Positions 31,524 through 49,608 of a DNA stretch of 64,000 bases are shown here, piece after piece. The stretch covers positions 4,092,001-4,156,000 of the forward strand of contig OZ024754.1 in NCBI GenBank assembly GCA_964016885.1. Direction: 5' to 3'. The first letter of the stretch is position 1. Each line of letters opens with the position of its first letter. This DNA comes from Eledone cirrhosa (lineage: Eukaryota). Below the pieces are notes generated by a model that saw only the letters and a list, made by a program, of their open reading frames with translations, ran no database searches and was not told the DNA's origin. Both the position numbers and the translations under genes were made by a program.

Positions 31524-31596
<73 letters not shown>
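31524..31596. repeat. (TATC)n microsatellite
   Basis: Direct inspection. Confidence 0.95.
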
Positions 31597-31597
<1 letters not shown>

Positions 31598-32841
31598 CTC
31601 TAGCTATCACTGTTTAAAATTTTTCTCTTCTTGTTTGCCTCCAACTTTGGGCTTTTTCTTCGCCAATCATATATGAGTGTTCAAGAGAGGCCTATGTAGT
31701 CTACATACAATTCTAAGGGTCAGTCATGTCTCATACAGAATGACCCTTAGAATTACTCTAACGGTACACTCGTAGTCAAGACCGACGAGGTTCATTCCTT
31801 TCACAATCAAAATCATACTCTGTCACTATTTCTCAATAAATATATGTAAACTTACAAGACTTGCTGATATGATAACATGATAGTCGTAATAGTAGTAGTA
31901 GAATTAGTAGTAGTAGCAGTAGTAATATTTATACAACTATCAATACTATAGGAATTACAATTCAATCCCTGCAAGGATAATAACTTAGCCTTTCATCCTT
32001 ACGGGGGTCGATAAAATAAAGTATCAGTAATGCACTGTGATAATTTCTGGCCTTGTGCCAAAAGTAGAAACAATTATTGTATTGTTATACACATAATTTA
32101 ATTCGTTGCATTTTATACGTTATTCAGAGTATAAATGTCTTTGGTATTTTTCAATTTGCGATAAGCAGAGAGAAATCGCTTATATTCTGGAGAGCTCCAA
32201 AAAAGAATTACGCATGTGCAATCTATAAAAGGACGAGAAATTTCAACATGGAGAATTTGATAAAACAATCGCAAGCTTTACAGATGAAGAAATAATTGCA
32301 CACCACACACATACACCACATGATGAAAATATCTTAGACACAGGCACACTCATACATCGAGCGTACACGCACACACCAATATATATATATATGAATACAC
32401 ATATATATGACCACGCATCGAAAGAGAGTCAGAAAATCTTACATACATGCATACACCTATATATATATATATATATATATAGGTACATAAAACAAAATAC
32501 ATATAGATACATAAGCACATGCATCATCCATATGCATTGTTTGTAAGCATGCATATAAAGCCAGCATTCTGCTATCAGTGATATTTCGTCGCTGGCGGCG
32601 TGACAAATGATATTTGTATAATTATATTTCAAGGAACATTTTTCTGTCTTATCTGAAAGGTAACTTTAATTGAGATTTTCTTTCATAAATACCAAGAATG
32701 TAATTTTTGTAATGATCGCGGGAATTAGAGATTCAACGTCATCATCACAGGTCAACTGATTGGAATTATATTCTCACCTGACAGTGAATTGTGAATCGAC
32801 CATTTCTATACACATTTCCTTATCCACATACACACACACAC

Positions 32842-32896
<55 letters not shown>

Positions 32897-32898
<2 letters not shown>

Positions 32899-32965
32899 TG
32901 TTGCGTTTAACCATGTCGATTACGAGCTAAGGATCCGCTAAGGTGAAACAATTGTTCTCGGTATG
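32897..32965 (+). ncRNA. Minimal hammerhead-like motif inserted in (TA)n, same family as 20756-20798
   Basis: CGAG-CTAAGGA-tCCgctaaGGt-GAAAC-AATT-GT-T-CTCG, with a palindromic loop III. Confidence 0.65.
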
Positions 32966-33039
32966 ATATATATGTATATATATATATATATGTATATATA
33001 TAAATATACATATATATATATATATATATAAATATATAT

Positions 33040-33084
<45 letters not shown>

Positions 33085-33149
33085 TATAAATCTGCATATA
33101 TTTATCTATATATATGTATATAAATATATACATACATATATGTATATAC

Positions 33150-33180
<31 letters not shown>

Positions 33181-33314
33181 CGCATATATATATGTATATA
33201 TATATATGCATATAAATATGTATATATATATGCATCTATGAATATATGCATATAAATATGGATATATATGCATCTATGAATATATATATATAAATATGGA
33301 TATATATGCATCTA

Positions 33315-33386
<72 letters not shown>

Positions 33387-33939
33387 AAAACAGCCTTCGT
33401 ACAAAGCCTGTAGGTTCACAGCAGTACTAAATTGTAGAGTACATTTTTTTACCTGTTTTTCTGATTGCTCCTTTATCTTTTAGTATAGCGTGTCCATGAC
33501 TAAAAATGAAATTAGATATTTTCGCAAAAGGCGCATTTAAAATATTTCAGTTTACCTTCTCCATTTCACTGAATGAATTTATTACTTTCATATTTCCACC
33601 TCTCTTACTCTCTCTCTCTCTGCCGCTCTCTCTTCTAATCTCCTAACTCTATCTCACCCTCTCTCATCATATATGGGTGTATATTTAGCCACATAATACC
33701 AGTTCTATTTGTAACTCTCTTCTAAAGTTTCATTCTTTTCTTTCTCCCTTGGTCGATGTGAGTCAACCTGCAGAACCTTCTTACTTTCTGGCTTTCCTTT
33801 CCTTTTCTCTCTTTCTCCATGACTTATGTCTCTGTATATCTGTATATAACTATGAAAATACCCACTCACAATCTCTTTATTTATCATTTCATTTTTATCA
33901 CTGCCTCTCTCTCTTATATATATATATACACATAGATAC

Positions 33940-33971
<32 letters not shown>

Positions 33972-34021
33972 GTATATATATAAACATATATATATATATA
34001 TATATATATATAAACATATAT

Positions 34022-34085
<64 letters not shown>

Positions 34086-34131
34086 TATGTGAGTGTGTAC
34101 ATTTAAATACAATTACGGATAGATATAAATA

Positions 34132-34194
<63 letters not shown>

Positions 34195-34600
34195 ATATAT
34201 TTATATTCATGCATTAATATACATACACAAACAATCCTCTAACCACACACATGTATGAATATGTGTGTATGCCAGTTCTTATGTGTACGTGGATATTAGT
34301 GTCTTTGAGTGCGTGCATAAGCGCACGTGTGTACCTGTGTATGATTGCGTTGCGAGTGTGCTCATGGGTGTCTCTGTGGGTGTGTGTGTGTCTGCTAGTG
34401 TATGTGTGCATGTGTGTGTGTGTATGTGTGTGACAAGTTTACCAATCATTTCTCTTTTATTCATTTGAAAATAGCATGACGCATCATTTCTACGAGACGT
34501 TTCTTAGGAGGTACTCTTTTATATCAATCATATAATTTCTTCAGCTTATTTTCTGCTGATAAAATATAACAGTAACAACGACAACAACAACAACAACAAC

Positions 34601-34655
<55 letters not shown>

Positions 34656-35173
34656 GGCAATAATGATAATGGCAACAAGACCAAGAAGAGAAGAAAAATA
34701 GAAATAGATATCACCAATCAAATAAAGAAAACCAAATGAAACACACACACACACTCACATACACACAAACACATACACACAATAACAGCAACAACAAAAA
34801 GCATAGAATAACAGACATCATATACTGCATTCCATAGAAATATTTTCAGTTGGCAAAGCAAGATTCCATGCAAACTAGATACAAGTGCGGCTCACTTAGA
34901 AATTACAAACGAACGCAAGAAAGTTGTCTATTTCATCGAGTTCGCATGGTGTTTTACTGTCGTCTCCCTACTATACATTTATCTACCTTTTTTATTGTGT
35001 TCCTCTTGGCATATTTACATTAAACTTTTGCATAAAAGAATCCTTCGGAAATAAGACAGGGCGAGATAGCTTCAGAGGGAGAGGAAGAGACTGAGATAGA
35101 AAGAAAGAAAGAATCATATAAAGAAAGTGCACACACCTGAAATATTTGCCTCTACCTATTTACAGACATGAAC

Positions 35174-35231
<58 letters not shown>

Positions 35232-36007
35232 CTTTCTCAAACTTCATCGCAAATACACAACCACACACACAAACACACACACAAACATACACACAAACAC
35301 AACCACATACACATACACGCACAAACGCATACACACAAACATATATATATATATTATATTATATTATATTACTGTTTGTCAAAATAATATCTATAAAATC
35401 CTATCTATTTCTGTATATATGATTTCATATATATATATATGTGTGTGTGTGGGTGGGGGGTGGTTGGGTTAATGGCTGAAATGAATGCCAGAATGCAGTG
35501 CAACTATGAAGAATGAGGGAATTTGAAAAATTTGAAAATTGAAAATGTTTGCCACAACCAGCTTGCCTTGTGGCTAACATATTTTTAAATTATGAAATTT
35601 ATCTTTCTTTTGTCTTTGGCAAAACAACCAAGGATAACACGTCTGTAAAAGTAATTAAGAACAGAATTGGTTTTGAAAATATGTCCGTCCTAAATACTGC
35701 CAATACAAATATATTAAATGATTAGAATTATTATTACTCCAATGCATGACCCCTTTTAACACATGAATAAATTCAAAACAAAATGGCCGATTTGACATTT
35801 AGAAAACACTATTAACAAAATAATAAAAATAAAAAAGAATATTATGCACACATATAATTCATATTTTATTTTTATCTGTTTGAAATGTGTGCAAACAAAC
35901 TCAAATATTCATACTAATCGTTGTTTACTATAAATTATCGTTGATAATATCGAGGAGAAATGTGACTTAGAGTCATCTGTCCACTCGATTTCTCAACTAT
36001 TATTTAT

Positions 36008-36323
36008 CATGGTTAGAGCACTGGATTTGCAATCGGAAGGTTGTGAGTTCGATTCTCGGATCATGTGATACATTGTGTCCTTCAGCAAGACACTCTATTT
36101 CACGTTGCTCCAGTTTGCTCAGCTGTAGAAATGAGTTGCGACGTCACTGGTGCCAAGCTGTATCAGCTATTGCCTTTTCCTTGGACAACATCGGTGGCGT
36201 GGAGAGGGCAAGCTGATATGCATGAGTGATTGCTGGTCTTCCACAAACAACTTTGCCCGGACTTGTGCCTCGGAGGGAAACTTTCTAAGCTCAATTCCCA
36301 TGGTCATTCGTGACCGAAGAAGG
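36008..36323 (+). mobile_element. Near full-length tRNA-derived SINE (CORE-like domain)
   Basis: tggttagagc...gagttcgattc head, ttgtgtccttcagcaagacac core and ggtcattcgtgaccgaag tail. An inverse copy lies at 58035-58370. Confidence 0.88.
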
Positions 36324-36959
36324 CCTGTACCTAGTTATCATGATCGACTATTATTATAGTCATTTTCGTTCGGACAAACACATTTCAAATTTGGATTGTC
36401 ACAATGTTTTCTTTTTTTTCTTCTGATTGTTAATTAATTAATTTATTTATTGCTTACTTTACTATTTGTTAGTGGGCACATATTAGCTGAATAGATAAGG
36501 AGTCAGTTTCGTGTTCGATCCGACGGTATGACATTAAATCCAGTCGAGATCATCTTTGCCTTCCACCCTTTCAGACCCACTAAAATTAATACCAAAGAGA
36601 GCGGAGGTGGGTTGTCAGAAATTTAAAATAATAGGCCTATGGTTTGCATTAACTAGTCCACATTATTATACACTCGGATTTCAAATCCCCTCTACTAGGA
36701 GTTCGATAAGTTAGAAACAATATATATGATATTATAAACAATAGAAAGATCAATAGAAATGTTGATTCCGATCGGATGCTCGATTGTTTTATTTTATTTT
36801 TAAGCATTCTAGATGTAAAAATACAAATTATAAGTTCATCTAATTTCTAAATCCCCTGAATCTAATCCACATAATTCCAATATCCTAAAGTTAAATATAT
36901 GTCTAAAGATCTATTGAGGAATTACCAAATATATATTTAGTATTTTGGTGAGCCCAAAC

Positions 36960-37170
36960 CCGTTTTATGTAATAATTGTTTCTACTTTTGGCACAAGGCC
37001 AACAATTACCCAATGCATTACTGGTACTTTATTTTATCGACACCGTAAGGATGAAAGGCAAAGTTAACCTCGGCGGGATTTGAAATCAGATCATAAAGGG
37101 CTGTAACTCTATTCTTCAAAGCATGGCGTCCGACCCTCTATCGATACTGCCAATCCACCGTTTTATGTAA
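36960..37170 (-). mobile_element. Full-length major-family SINE with 13-bp TSD
   Basis: ccgttttatgtaa occurs at 36960-36972 and 37158-37170. Confidence 0.92.
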
Positions 37171-38777
37171 CAATAGCCATAAAAGTTAGCTAACAATTAT
37201 GTGTTACACAGAGACATATATTCCTTTCACAACAAAGTGAAAAAACATTATTTAGTTAAATTTACAGTGGATCAAGAAATAGCCATCGACTTAGGCCACT
37301 AATGCAGGAGCTGTTGTCATCAATTTTATGTCTGCTCCAACTGCGTTTAGCTTGTTTGCCATTTTTATTTTTGCCTGAGTAATTCTTACAGCAATAAAGT
37401 GTAATCCTAGAAATTTGATTTAACAGTCATTAATCGATGACCTTATTATGACCATAAACTGACCAACAAATCAGATGACCAGTGAGAGAATAATAGAAGC
37501 TGGGAAGATGGCATTCCAATGTGAAGGATCATTGTTGCAGTGAATAGATATAATTTTATTGTATGTATGATTGGTTATTAGTTCGTTCATGCCAATGGGT
37601 TCCGTTCACGCTCCACTCAACCTAGCTAGGTGGTTACAGTAATAAGCAAGTGTTTATTATGTACCCTAATGAATAATAAATATTGGAAATAAGAAAGAAA
37701 TATAAAAGAATCATTGGTACGTGAGGTTCATATTGAACATATTCCCTATTCATTTTCGAAAATTAATAAGATGATGCTGAAAATTGTTCTCGGGCCATAA
37801 CTTTAGATGACTTCGTTTACGGGCTAACTAGAAAGCTTCTATACATTTGAACAGCGTGTTCGAGATAGCAGTCATACCCCAATCTCAATAAAATTGGGCT
37901 GTTCGAATTCAACAGCCCCCAATTCGATCAGTGAGTGTTGAAATAGCACAGCAACAGTTCAGAGTTTAATTATAAATGATGGTCTATAGTAGTTTTTTAA
38001 ACTTTGATAAACGTTTTATAATCATTTACTTATCAACAGCATCAATATCTATTTCCGCCTAATAAATTTCAATCAGGGGACATTACATATATTTCAAAAC
38101 AGGAGTATGTTAAAATACTGTTGCATGGGATCGAACCGAGGACAAATATGATTGGGAAGTGAATTTAGAAGTATTGTTTTCCTGTTTTAGCGATCAGCTC
38201 CATTCATCTCACCTTTATTTTTTTCCATGCTTTTCCTAATGGTAACAAACAAACAGATCTGTGCGATATTTTCTCTAATCATCTCTGTTAGTTATATAAA
38301 CATTTGCATTTAAACTTTTCAAATTATATAAGACTTTTCCATATTTCCCACCTTCGTTTTCTAGATTTGCATCATGTTTAGTAATTGTTTTTGTGCGTTT
38401 GTCGCTTTGAAGTATGAACTATTTTTATGTTTGTGCCTTTTGTATTTTCTTTCCATCATTTATTCTTGGTTTGTCTTTTATATTATTTATTTTTTACTGT
38501 CCTTATTATGTTAGAATTACAGTTTTCCTTTCATATTTTGTTGTTATTTTTCTTCATTTTCATTTCTTTAGCTTCAATATATCCTCGTTGTTTTCTATTG
38601 TACTCGTTGATGGTTTTGTTGTTTTCTTCATATTGTTGTTTTACATTTGATTTTCATAATTTTGCTTCCAGTTTTAACATTTGTGCGCCATATCTTTCCA
38701 AAGCACACAGTCATCCACACATCCATATTTATAGAAACATATTTACTTGCAGTACACACACAGACACTCATACACAG

Positions 38778-38851
<74 letters not shown>

Positions 38852-39049
38852 CATTTCCCTATCTTTGATTTTATCCTCTTTCTCCTTCTTCCCATCTTTG
38901 TTAGTTCTTTCTTATAGGTATGCCAGCTTCCAATTTGCCTCCGACGTTACCTTCATCTTTATTACCAATCTATTTACCCCTTCTCTCCATTTATTTCCTT
39001 TCAGCCCGTCTATCGCCACCGCCATAACACACTTCCATCTGCCTATACA

Positions 39050-41600
<2,551 letters not shown>

Positions 41601-41923
41601 AAAGATATATACATACACATTCATATATATATGTGTGTGTGTGTGTGTGAAGTATGAAACTGAAATAATATAAAAATGAAATAAATGAAATAACAAAACG
41701 GAGTGTAGTGTGTAAATTAAGAAACATTGTGACATTCTCTCTTATCTCTCGTTCTCCTAACTTGAAATTCAATAGTTTTATCACAGAATATTATATAATA
41801 TGATATTACACCATCATTTAAACTATTGTCGTTACTTCTTGTGACATCTGCCTTAACATGATTTGTCTGTCTTCTCTTCCAAATGAAATCTTAATGATGA
41901 TTGTTCACAATAGTTACAGAAAT

Positions 41924-42053
41924 AATAATAGTTTCTACTGTAGGCACAAGGCGTGTAATTACCCCAGTGCATTACTGGTACTTTATTTTATCGACCCCCA
42001 GTAATGCACTGGGGTAATTGCTGGCCTTGTGTCAAAAGTAGAAACAATTATTA
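41924..42053. mobile_element. Head-to-head (fold-back) SINE 3' tails
   Basis: tttctactgtaggcacaagg..aattaccccagtgcattactgg pairs with ccagtaatgcactggggtaatt..ccttgtgtcaaaagtagaaa. Confidence 0.85.
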
Positions 42054-44505
42054 ACCGGATTTCGAAGAGTAAATAACCCCGTTCAGATTCCTTCCCTGTC
42101 CGACATCTTGAGAGTATGACCATTCACTCGAGTACTGGTCATCATTTTCACCCACCTTCTACTAATCTACTGGAAGGGAACATCTACGTCTCCTCCATCC
42201 TCAATTCACTTTCCATGTTAAAGGCAGTATCGTTCACATTTACCAGGTAAACTGTGTCACCATATCGACGAAACACAGGATGATATTCTGCTATTACACA
42301 TAAAAGGAAGAGAATCAACCCCAGTATTAAACTGATACTTTATGTATCAAAGTGCTGGAAAGCGCAGTCTAGCTTGCTGATAATTGACCTTAGAACCTAG
42401 AGAGCCGTAACAAATACCACATAGCATTCTTCTAACACTGTTACATCTCTGTTGTTTTGTGCCCTTACCGTTATATGATAGGTTCCAGCAAATTATTAAA
42501 ATGTATGATTACTTAGTAAGCTAGTCAAACAACTGTATTCAGTATTAAGTTACTTTGGGCGAACGGTCAGATTGAAATAAACATTGGGAATGGATTATGA
42601 ATAAAGTCTGACTTGTAAATTCTAAATGTCAGCAATGTATCTCTGCCAAATTCGGAAGCTTCTGTTTATTTTCAGTGTTTGTTTCCTTGATGGTCAAGAC
42701 TAGTGTATTGAAATCAATGACCACTACCAGGAGAATATCAATGTGAATGTGAAAGACAGTCTATTAAATACGGTGTGGTTATTTATTGTTAGAACACAAC
42801 ATAATAAAGGAGCAATTGCCGTTCGAAGATTTAGAGACATGACAGCTAAACTAAAGTTGGTGATGGTGGGAGTGTTTAAAGCATTCTCACATAAATACAC
42901 AATAAGGTCAACCTTTTTTACATTGTAGGTGATATTAGTACGACACTAGGTTCAGCAATATGTCGCAGAGTTATCAGCTACCAAGCTACTAGCAATAATA
43001 AAAATTAGTGAAATGATCCGAATTAACTTGGTGATGCATTCAGCTGAATAGTATCATCGATAGATTAATGTTTATTTTTGACTGCTGACCTTACGTGCCA
43101 TTCATGAAATGACCGTTACTAGCTACCAATACAAATGAATAGTACTTTATGCAATTAATTTTTTATGTACGTCCGGACGGATTGTTGACTATGATTTGCA
43201 TCCAGTTGGTAAATAATTGGATTATGGGATTAATTCAAAGTCTCCCGACATTAGGCGTTAGGGATTTTCTAAAGTCGCTTTCACAGCATTCACTGTCTGA
43301 AAGAAAAATAGGCAATAGCCTGTTCAACAAAGCGAATAATGTCAAATGACTGTGTGTTTAGTGGTGACATTCTCACCATGTTCGTTACTAATAATTGAAT
43401 CAAGAGTCTGAAAGTGTAAAAACCTCCATAAATCACTATTCTATGGTCTTCGACTTTATTATATCACCCTTATTCAGTACACGGTTCCGATAATGAACTC
43501 CTGCATGAGTAATTTACTACTTTTCGCTCGAATTCCTTTAACTATTTTTAGAAATAGCTAGCTGTTATTTCTATAAAGTCAAAATTTGTCAATTAACTAA
43601 TAAAATGGTGTTATTAATAATACGTTTATGTATGTCAGTGTATTAATTAGATGTTATATAGGATTGTAATTACTACATAGAGCTTATTTTAAAATAATTA
43701 ATTATGAAAGAGAAAGCGCCAGCTTGGTTGAATTGATAAACAGCGGACAAAATGTTTTCTGGTCTATAATTACTGTGATTTAGAGTATTAGTTCAATCCA
43801 TGTCGGGAACAATGTAACCTTTTCATATTTCTACAAGCTATAAATTAATATCAGTCACATATAAGATGAACATCATCTAACAAATCTTCTTCTTGTATTA
43901 AAATTTGTGGAACCTTTACAAACACTGGCAGAACCATAAAAACGGTATTTCATTATTTCTCTATATGTTCTGATTTCAAATCCCAGCGATGTTCATCCTT
44001 AAAATAAACTTCGCCAGGCATACAACCTGGGGACATGGACTGAAAATCTAACCCTAATAATCAATTCCGTTAGTGATTCAGCCATTCATCAGGATTTTAC
44101 GCTAAACGTTTGACTCTTCAAATCACCCGGTCTACATTACGTTCAGCCCATGATTAGAATAAGTTGTAAGCCAGTGGCTTCGAAATATCCCGGAGTTGGA
44201 AGTAAGAGTCAGTTTAGATCCACTATATCCACTTTTGAGACGTAATAATTATATTTGTTTATACATATTTCAGTATGTATTGCCAAAATGTTAATGTGCT
44301 AAATATATATCAGTACGAAATATTGTCAAATACCAATGATCAGATATGTTAATTTTTAGAGATCTTTAAACATTTTTACAAGTAAACAACTGAACTCTTC
44401 TCTATATTCATCAAGAGTGATGCCATACATATCATCTTACACACACTCCTATATATATATATATACAGATACGCACACTCTCTCGCATATAAATACATAC
44501 ATACT

Positions 44506-44576
<71 letters not shown>

Positions 44577-44839
44577 CTAAATGTTTGTCATAATTTCAGT
44601 GTTTAAGAGAAAAAACATTATCATGACGTTTATTTCCTGCGGTGGTATATATTGCTCTCGGCATTCGGTCGACCGATTCTGATTACCTATGGCATCAGAT
44701 GTATTTCAACATATTGCTGGTTCTATTGATTAACTGTACACAAACACAATCATACTGATGCTGCACACACATATACACAGAGACATCATTCTACCCAAAC
44801 AAACGTAAACACACACAAACACACTCATTACCCAGAGAA

Positions 44840-44886
<47 letters not shown>

Positions 44887-44991
44887 TGTATTTCGTCTTG
44901 TTTTGCGAGTTTTTGTTATTAGTGGTTAGTTAAAAACATGAAATTATGGTTATTTATAATAATTTGTAGTACTCCACCCCACCATATATAT

Positions 44992-45024
<33 letters not shown>

Positions 45025-45624
45025 AATATATATATATAAATATATATAAGTGTGTGCGTGTTTGTATGTGTGTATTTACGCATGTATGTATTAATATATA
45101 TGTATATATGTATGCGTGTACGTGTATGTTTGTGTATGTGTGTATACATGCACGCAACGTGTACGAATTTATGCTGTTGGAGACATAATAGCTTGCTGTT
45201 CTAAATATGGAAGAACGTCTCATCATGATTGCTAATTGATATAAACTACACAAACAAGCAAAATATAGAGCAAGGATTTCCTCAGGCTGTTGTAATTATA
45301 TGGCTAATTTACTTAGACTAAAACATATTTAATTGCTAATGTAAACAGATATTTCATATGTTAATTATTATACACATAGCATAGAATCCATCTGAAAATT
45401 GGCATACTTCACGTCAGTGTTGGGCCGGAATTTTGCCCTACAAATACAACTGACCCTCCAAAATCCAAAATCCCACAATGATATATTTCGACCATATTCC
45501 TGTCTCAGCTGTAGATACATGCTATAGCACATATAGAAAAGCTCCACGTGGCTGTTTGACAGGAACATACAAACATACATCATGATTATAATAACGACAA
45601 AAAACAGCAACGGTACCAAGAATG

Positions 45625-46250
45625 ATTTCAACTATAGGCACAAGGTCTGCAATTTTTCGGGAGAGGAAAGTCGATTAAACCGACCCAAGTGTATTACTGG
45701 TACTTTATGTTATTGACTCCGTAAGGATGAAAGGCAAAACTAACCTCGGCGGGATTTGAATTCAGAAGGCAAAGGGAGCAACAATACCAATAATTGTTTC
45801 TACTTTAGGCACAAGGCCAGCAATTATCCCAGTGTATTACTGGTACTTTATTTTATCGACCCCGTAAGGATGAAAGGCAAACCAATAATAATCATTTATA
45901 ACAAGACTTAATTGTTTCTACTTTTGGCACAAGGCCAGCAATTATGCCAGAACATTACTGGTACTTTATTTTATCGACCCCGTAAGGATGAAAGATATAA
46001 AGGGGCGTAAGTCTATGCTGCAAAGCATGGCCTCCGACCTTCTACCGATACTGCCAAAGACATAATGCTAGCAGATTGTTGAGTTGTTAGAAGAGGAGAA
46101 TCGATTATATCGACCCAAATACGCGACGGCTCTTTTTAAATTTATTGATCCTAGGATTAGCAAAGGCATAGACGAACTCGGTAGGAATTGAACTGAGAAT
46201 ATAAAGGGCAATATCTACATTTCCAAAATGATTATGTCCGATGCTCTAAT
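45625..46250 (-). mobile_element. Nested or tandem cluster of major-family SINE fragments
   Basis: At least four repeats of tactttattttatcgaccccgtaaggatgaaagg-like sequence. Confidence 0.85.
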
Positions 46251-46553
46251 ATGTACTGGAGTTGATATGATTGATTAAATCCCTTCAGAGTGATGCTGCA
46301 GCATGACAGCAGCCTAATGACCGTATAAAAGTATAGAAGAATCAACATATCGGATAAAATATTAGACGTTGAATTAAGAGAGTCGTTAGAACGTGGAATG
46401 TAATGTTTCAGATAATTCGTTCCGTCTCTCTGTGGTTGGAATTCTGATCCAAGTTCAACTTTACTTCTCAGCTTGTCGTGATCGATAAATATAGAACAGG
46501 TCTAGTAATGGGGTATATTCAACCCTTACATCTCTTTCTGACTTCCTTTCTGC

Positions 46554-46621
<68 letters not shown>

Positions 46622-49006
46622 TTCTCTCTCACTCTCAGGAAGAAATAGTCTGACTTCAGACATTGTGAATAGCTTACCTCAGGTTTTAATGCCCAAGTTT
46701 ACACCATATGTCACTAAACCACCCTTACGGCACCCACAATTATAACCTTAATATGGCAGATAGAAATTGAATCCGCGTTTGAGATTCGAATACGAATATC
46801 TTTTTTATAATTGCTTCACTCTAATTTGCTAGAAATTCACCTCCATCTCTAACGCACGTATCCAGAAGATCAAAAGTCTACAGACATTCACGATAATGCT
46901 TTAAGGAGAAACACGAATAAGGATACATGCTTTACAGCCTATGTTATCATGTTAAATTTCATGTCTTGGGGACTGTTATAATAAAAATATCGTCCATGAA
47001 AATGTCAAACTATGCATATTCATTTCACTGTTGATTGTAACGTGTTAGAATGATTTCAAAATCAACGCCTGCAGTCAGTTGCCTTTGGCGTTGGTTTTAA
47101 ACGAAGAAAGAACTTGAATTTAAAACTTTCCCAATAAAAGTATTGTGTTTATTAAACAAAACATCTCATTTTCTTGTAATTATATCGTGAATACAGAAAG
47201 AATCCTTCAACGAGATATGAGTAGTTTATCTATTTAATGATGTTATGAAGACTTAGAGGATTGTTTATATTAAAATATATCAAAATATATCATAACGAAC
47301 ACATTACAAGGAAAACAAATCTGAAAGAATTTCTTAGAAATGTTATAAGCATTTCATTCAATTTTCATATGAGAACCCTATGATAATGACAATTAATATT
47401 CATATCTTAGGTAATACATGGTTTATGAACGCGCACACGATATCCTAGGTACCTTGTTATAAATATATATATATGTGTGTGTGTAAGTGTGTGTGTGTAT
47501 ATATGTGTGCGTGTCTGTGTGCGAATAAAAACATAAATATACATGTATATATATATATTATATATATAATATGTAATATATATATATTAATATATATATA
47601 TATATTATATGTTTATATATATATATACACACACATACACACACATACACACATGTATATAATATATTTATATATATATATATTATATATATGTGTGTGT
47701 GTGTGTGTGTGTAATTCAGCTTTAACATTAAGGAAGTTAATAGAAACGCGTGTCAGCATGATGAAGTTTAGCGAAGTAAATTTAATCTCTCTCATCGTGA
47801 ATTTATGATCATTAGGAAGCTATGAAAGTGCCACACAGGATGATGTTATTGATTGAAGTTTGCCGATATGGCGATAGTAGCCCGGTTTCGATTATCTTGC
47901 ACAACATATTACCTTCACACATGTCGCTAATCCTTTTATAAAAACGAAAATTCATGATTGATGCATTATCTTAAATAATTCAATCCTCAGTGAAAATTTA
48001 GATTTATTTCTACGGACTTAATCCAGCAAAATATACAACAGTTGTCAAAAATATAAAACGTTCTTTCATATTCAAATTTGGGTCTCCTTTTAATTTCATT
48101 TACTCAACTGCCCCTGAATTGTGTCTGATTTCCTAGACTAATGACATAAACATGTCCTGTAGTTAATAACAGCAAATGGATAGATTCGTGAGAACATCGG
48201 ATAGAAATGTATTGCGTTATCCGTTCTGGCTCTCGACAAATCTCTCTGAGGTCAACATGGATTTCCATTCTACTAGCATCAATAAAAAAAAAGATAAGTA
48301 GTCCAAAACTGGGGTCGATTCTTCCTTCTTCTCCCACTGTTTCTCGAGACGAAATTGGCTGAGAAAACTGTTGCTGTCAGGCATTGATTCACTTCATGAG
48401 GTTCGAGTTTCTGTCACACTTAGTGGCATTTTGAGCAAGTGATTTTGTTACCCCTGCCTAGGCTCGTCCCAAGATTTACGAGTGATATAGAGTAGCCAGA
48501 CGTTGTGTATTGACAGTATTTGTAACTCTCCTCATGTATGTTAATTTATTTCTGTCAACAGTGTTCAAATCTGGAATCGAGACAGTAAGTAAATTGGCAA
48601 AATTCTGAGAAGAACAGGAAAATTGGATTGTGACAGTTAGATGCCTGCCTAGGTTCCAATCTTGCCAAAAGTCATGAATTTTGTTTAGAACAGATAAAAA
48701 TGGTGCCATGTAAGTAATTATCATTACTATATACTGCTAATGATTATGCCATTCAAATATGTGCCTTTCCGCCAATATTAAAAATCAATATAACTGTAGC
48801 TGCGCATTAAAGTAAAGAAGGGATATGACATTTGTATGATCATATACGGATAATTCCTCGTAAAAGTACATTCAACGACTCAACTGTTCCAGTTTAAAAC
48901 ATGTATTTACAGAAAAATGAGATTAAGTCGAACAACAGATCGATGTTTATCACAATTACAATTACAAATGTCAAATAACATCCTCACATATATGTATATA
49001 TATAGT

Positions 49007-49069
<63 letters not shown>

Positions 49070-49197
49070 TGTGTGTGTGTGTGTGTCTGTGTGTATGTGT
49101 GTGTGTGTAATACATTGATTCATTTAGCAGAATGTTACATATATAAATTCGAAAATCAATTACATCACATATATATATTGAAAAATTTCTGTACACA

Positions 49198-49230
<33 letters not shown>

Positions 49231-49231
<1 letters not shown>

Positions 49232-49420
49232 AACCAGTAAGACCCCGACAGCTGAGCTCAAGCCGTTTCGACGGCTAATTCTGTCCAGAATTAGCCGTCG
49301 AAACGGCTTGAGCTCAGCTGTCGGGGTCTTACTGGTTCCTATTACCCACTCTACTACCTCAAGTATTGAGTACTTTGGTGCGTTATGGTCCACCTGGTTC
49401 CTTACCACATTTCCTTCGTT
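49231..49420 (+). mobile_element. Family-A fold-back element with HHR 3' half
   Basis: Perfect 53-bp arms (49231-49283 and 49286-49338). CGAA-ACGGCT-tgagctc-AGCTGT-C. TA on both sides. Confidence 0.9.
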
Positions 49421-49555
49421 ATATATATATATATATATATATACACGTATACATACATTCTTATATATGTATATATATATATATATATATACATACTTGT
49501 GTATATATTATAAATAAAAAAATATATATATATATATATTTAGATATATATATAT

Positions 49556-49608
<53 letters not shown>

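Noticed and set aside
31709-31754. 14-bp hairpin aattctaagggtca/tgacccttagaatt
   Set aside because: Single copy here, with no ribozyme core or TIR context to interpret.
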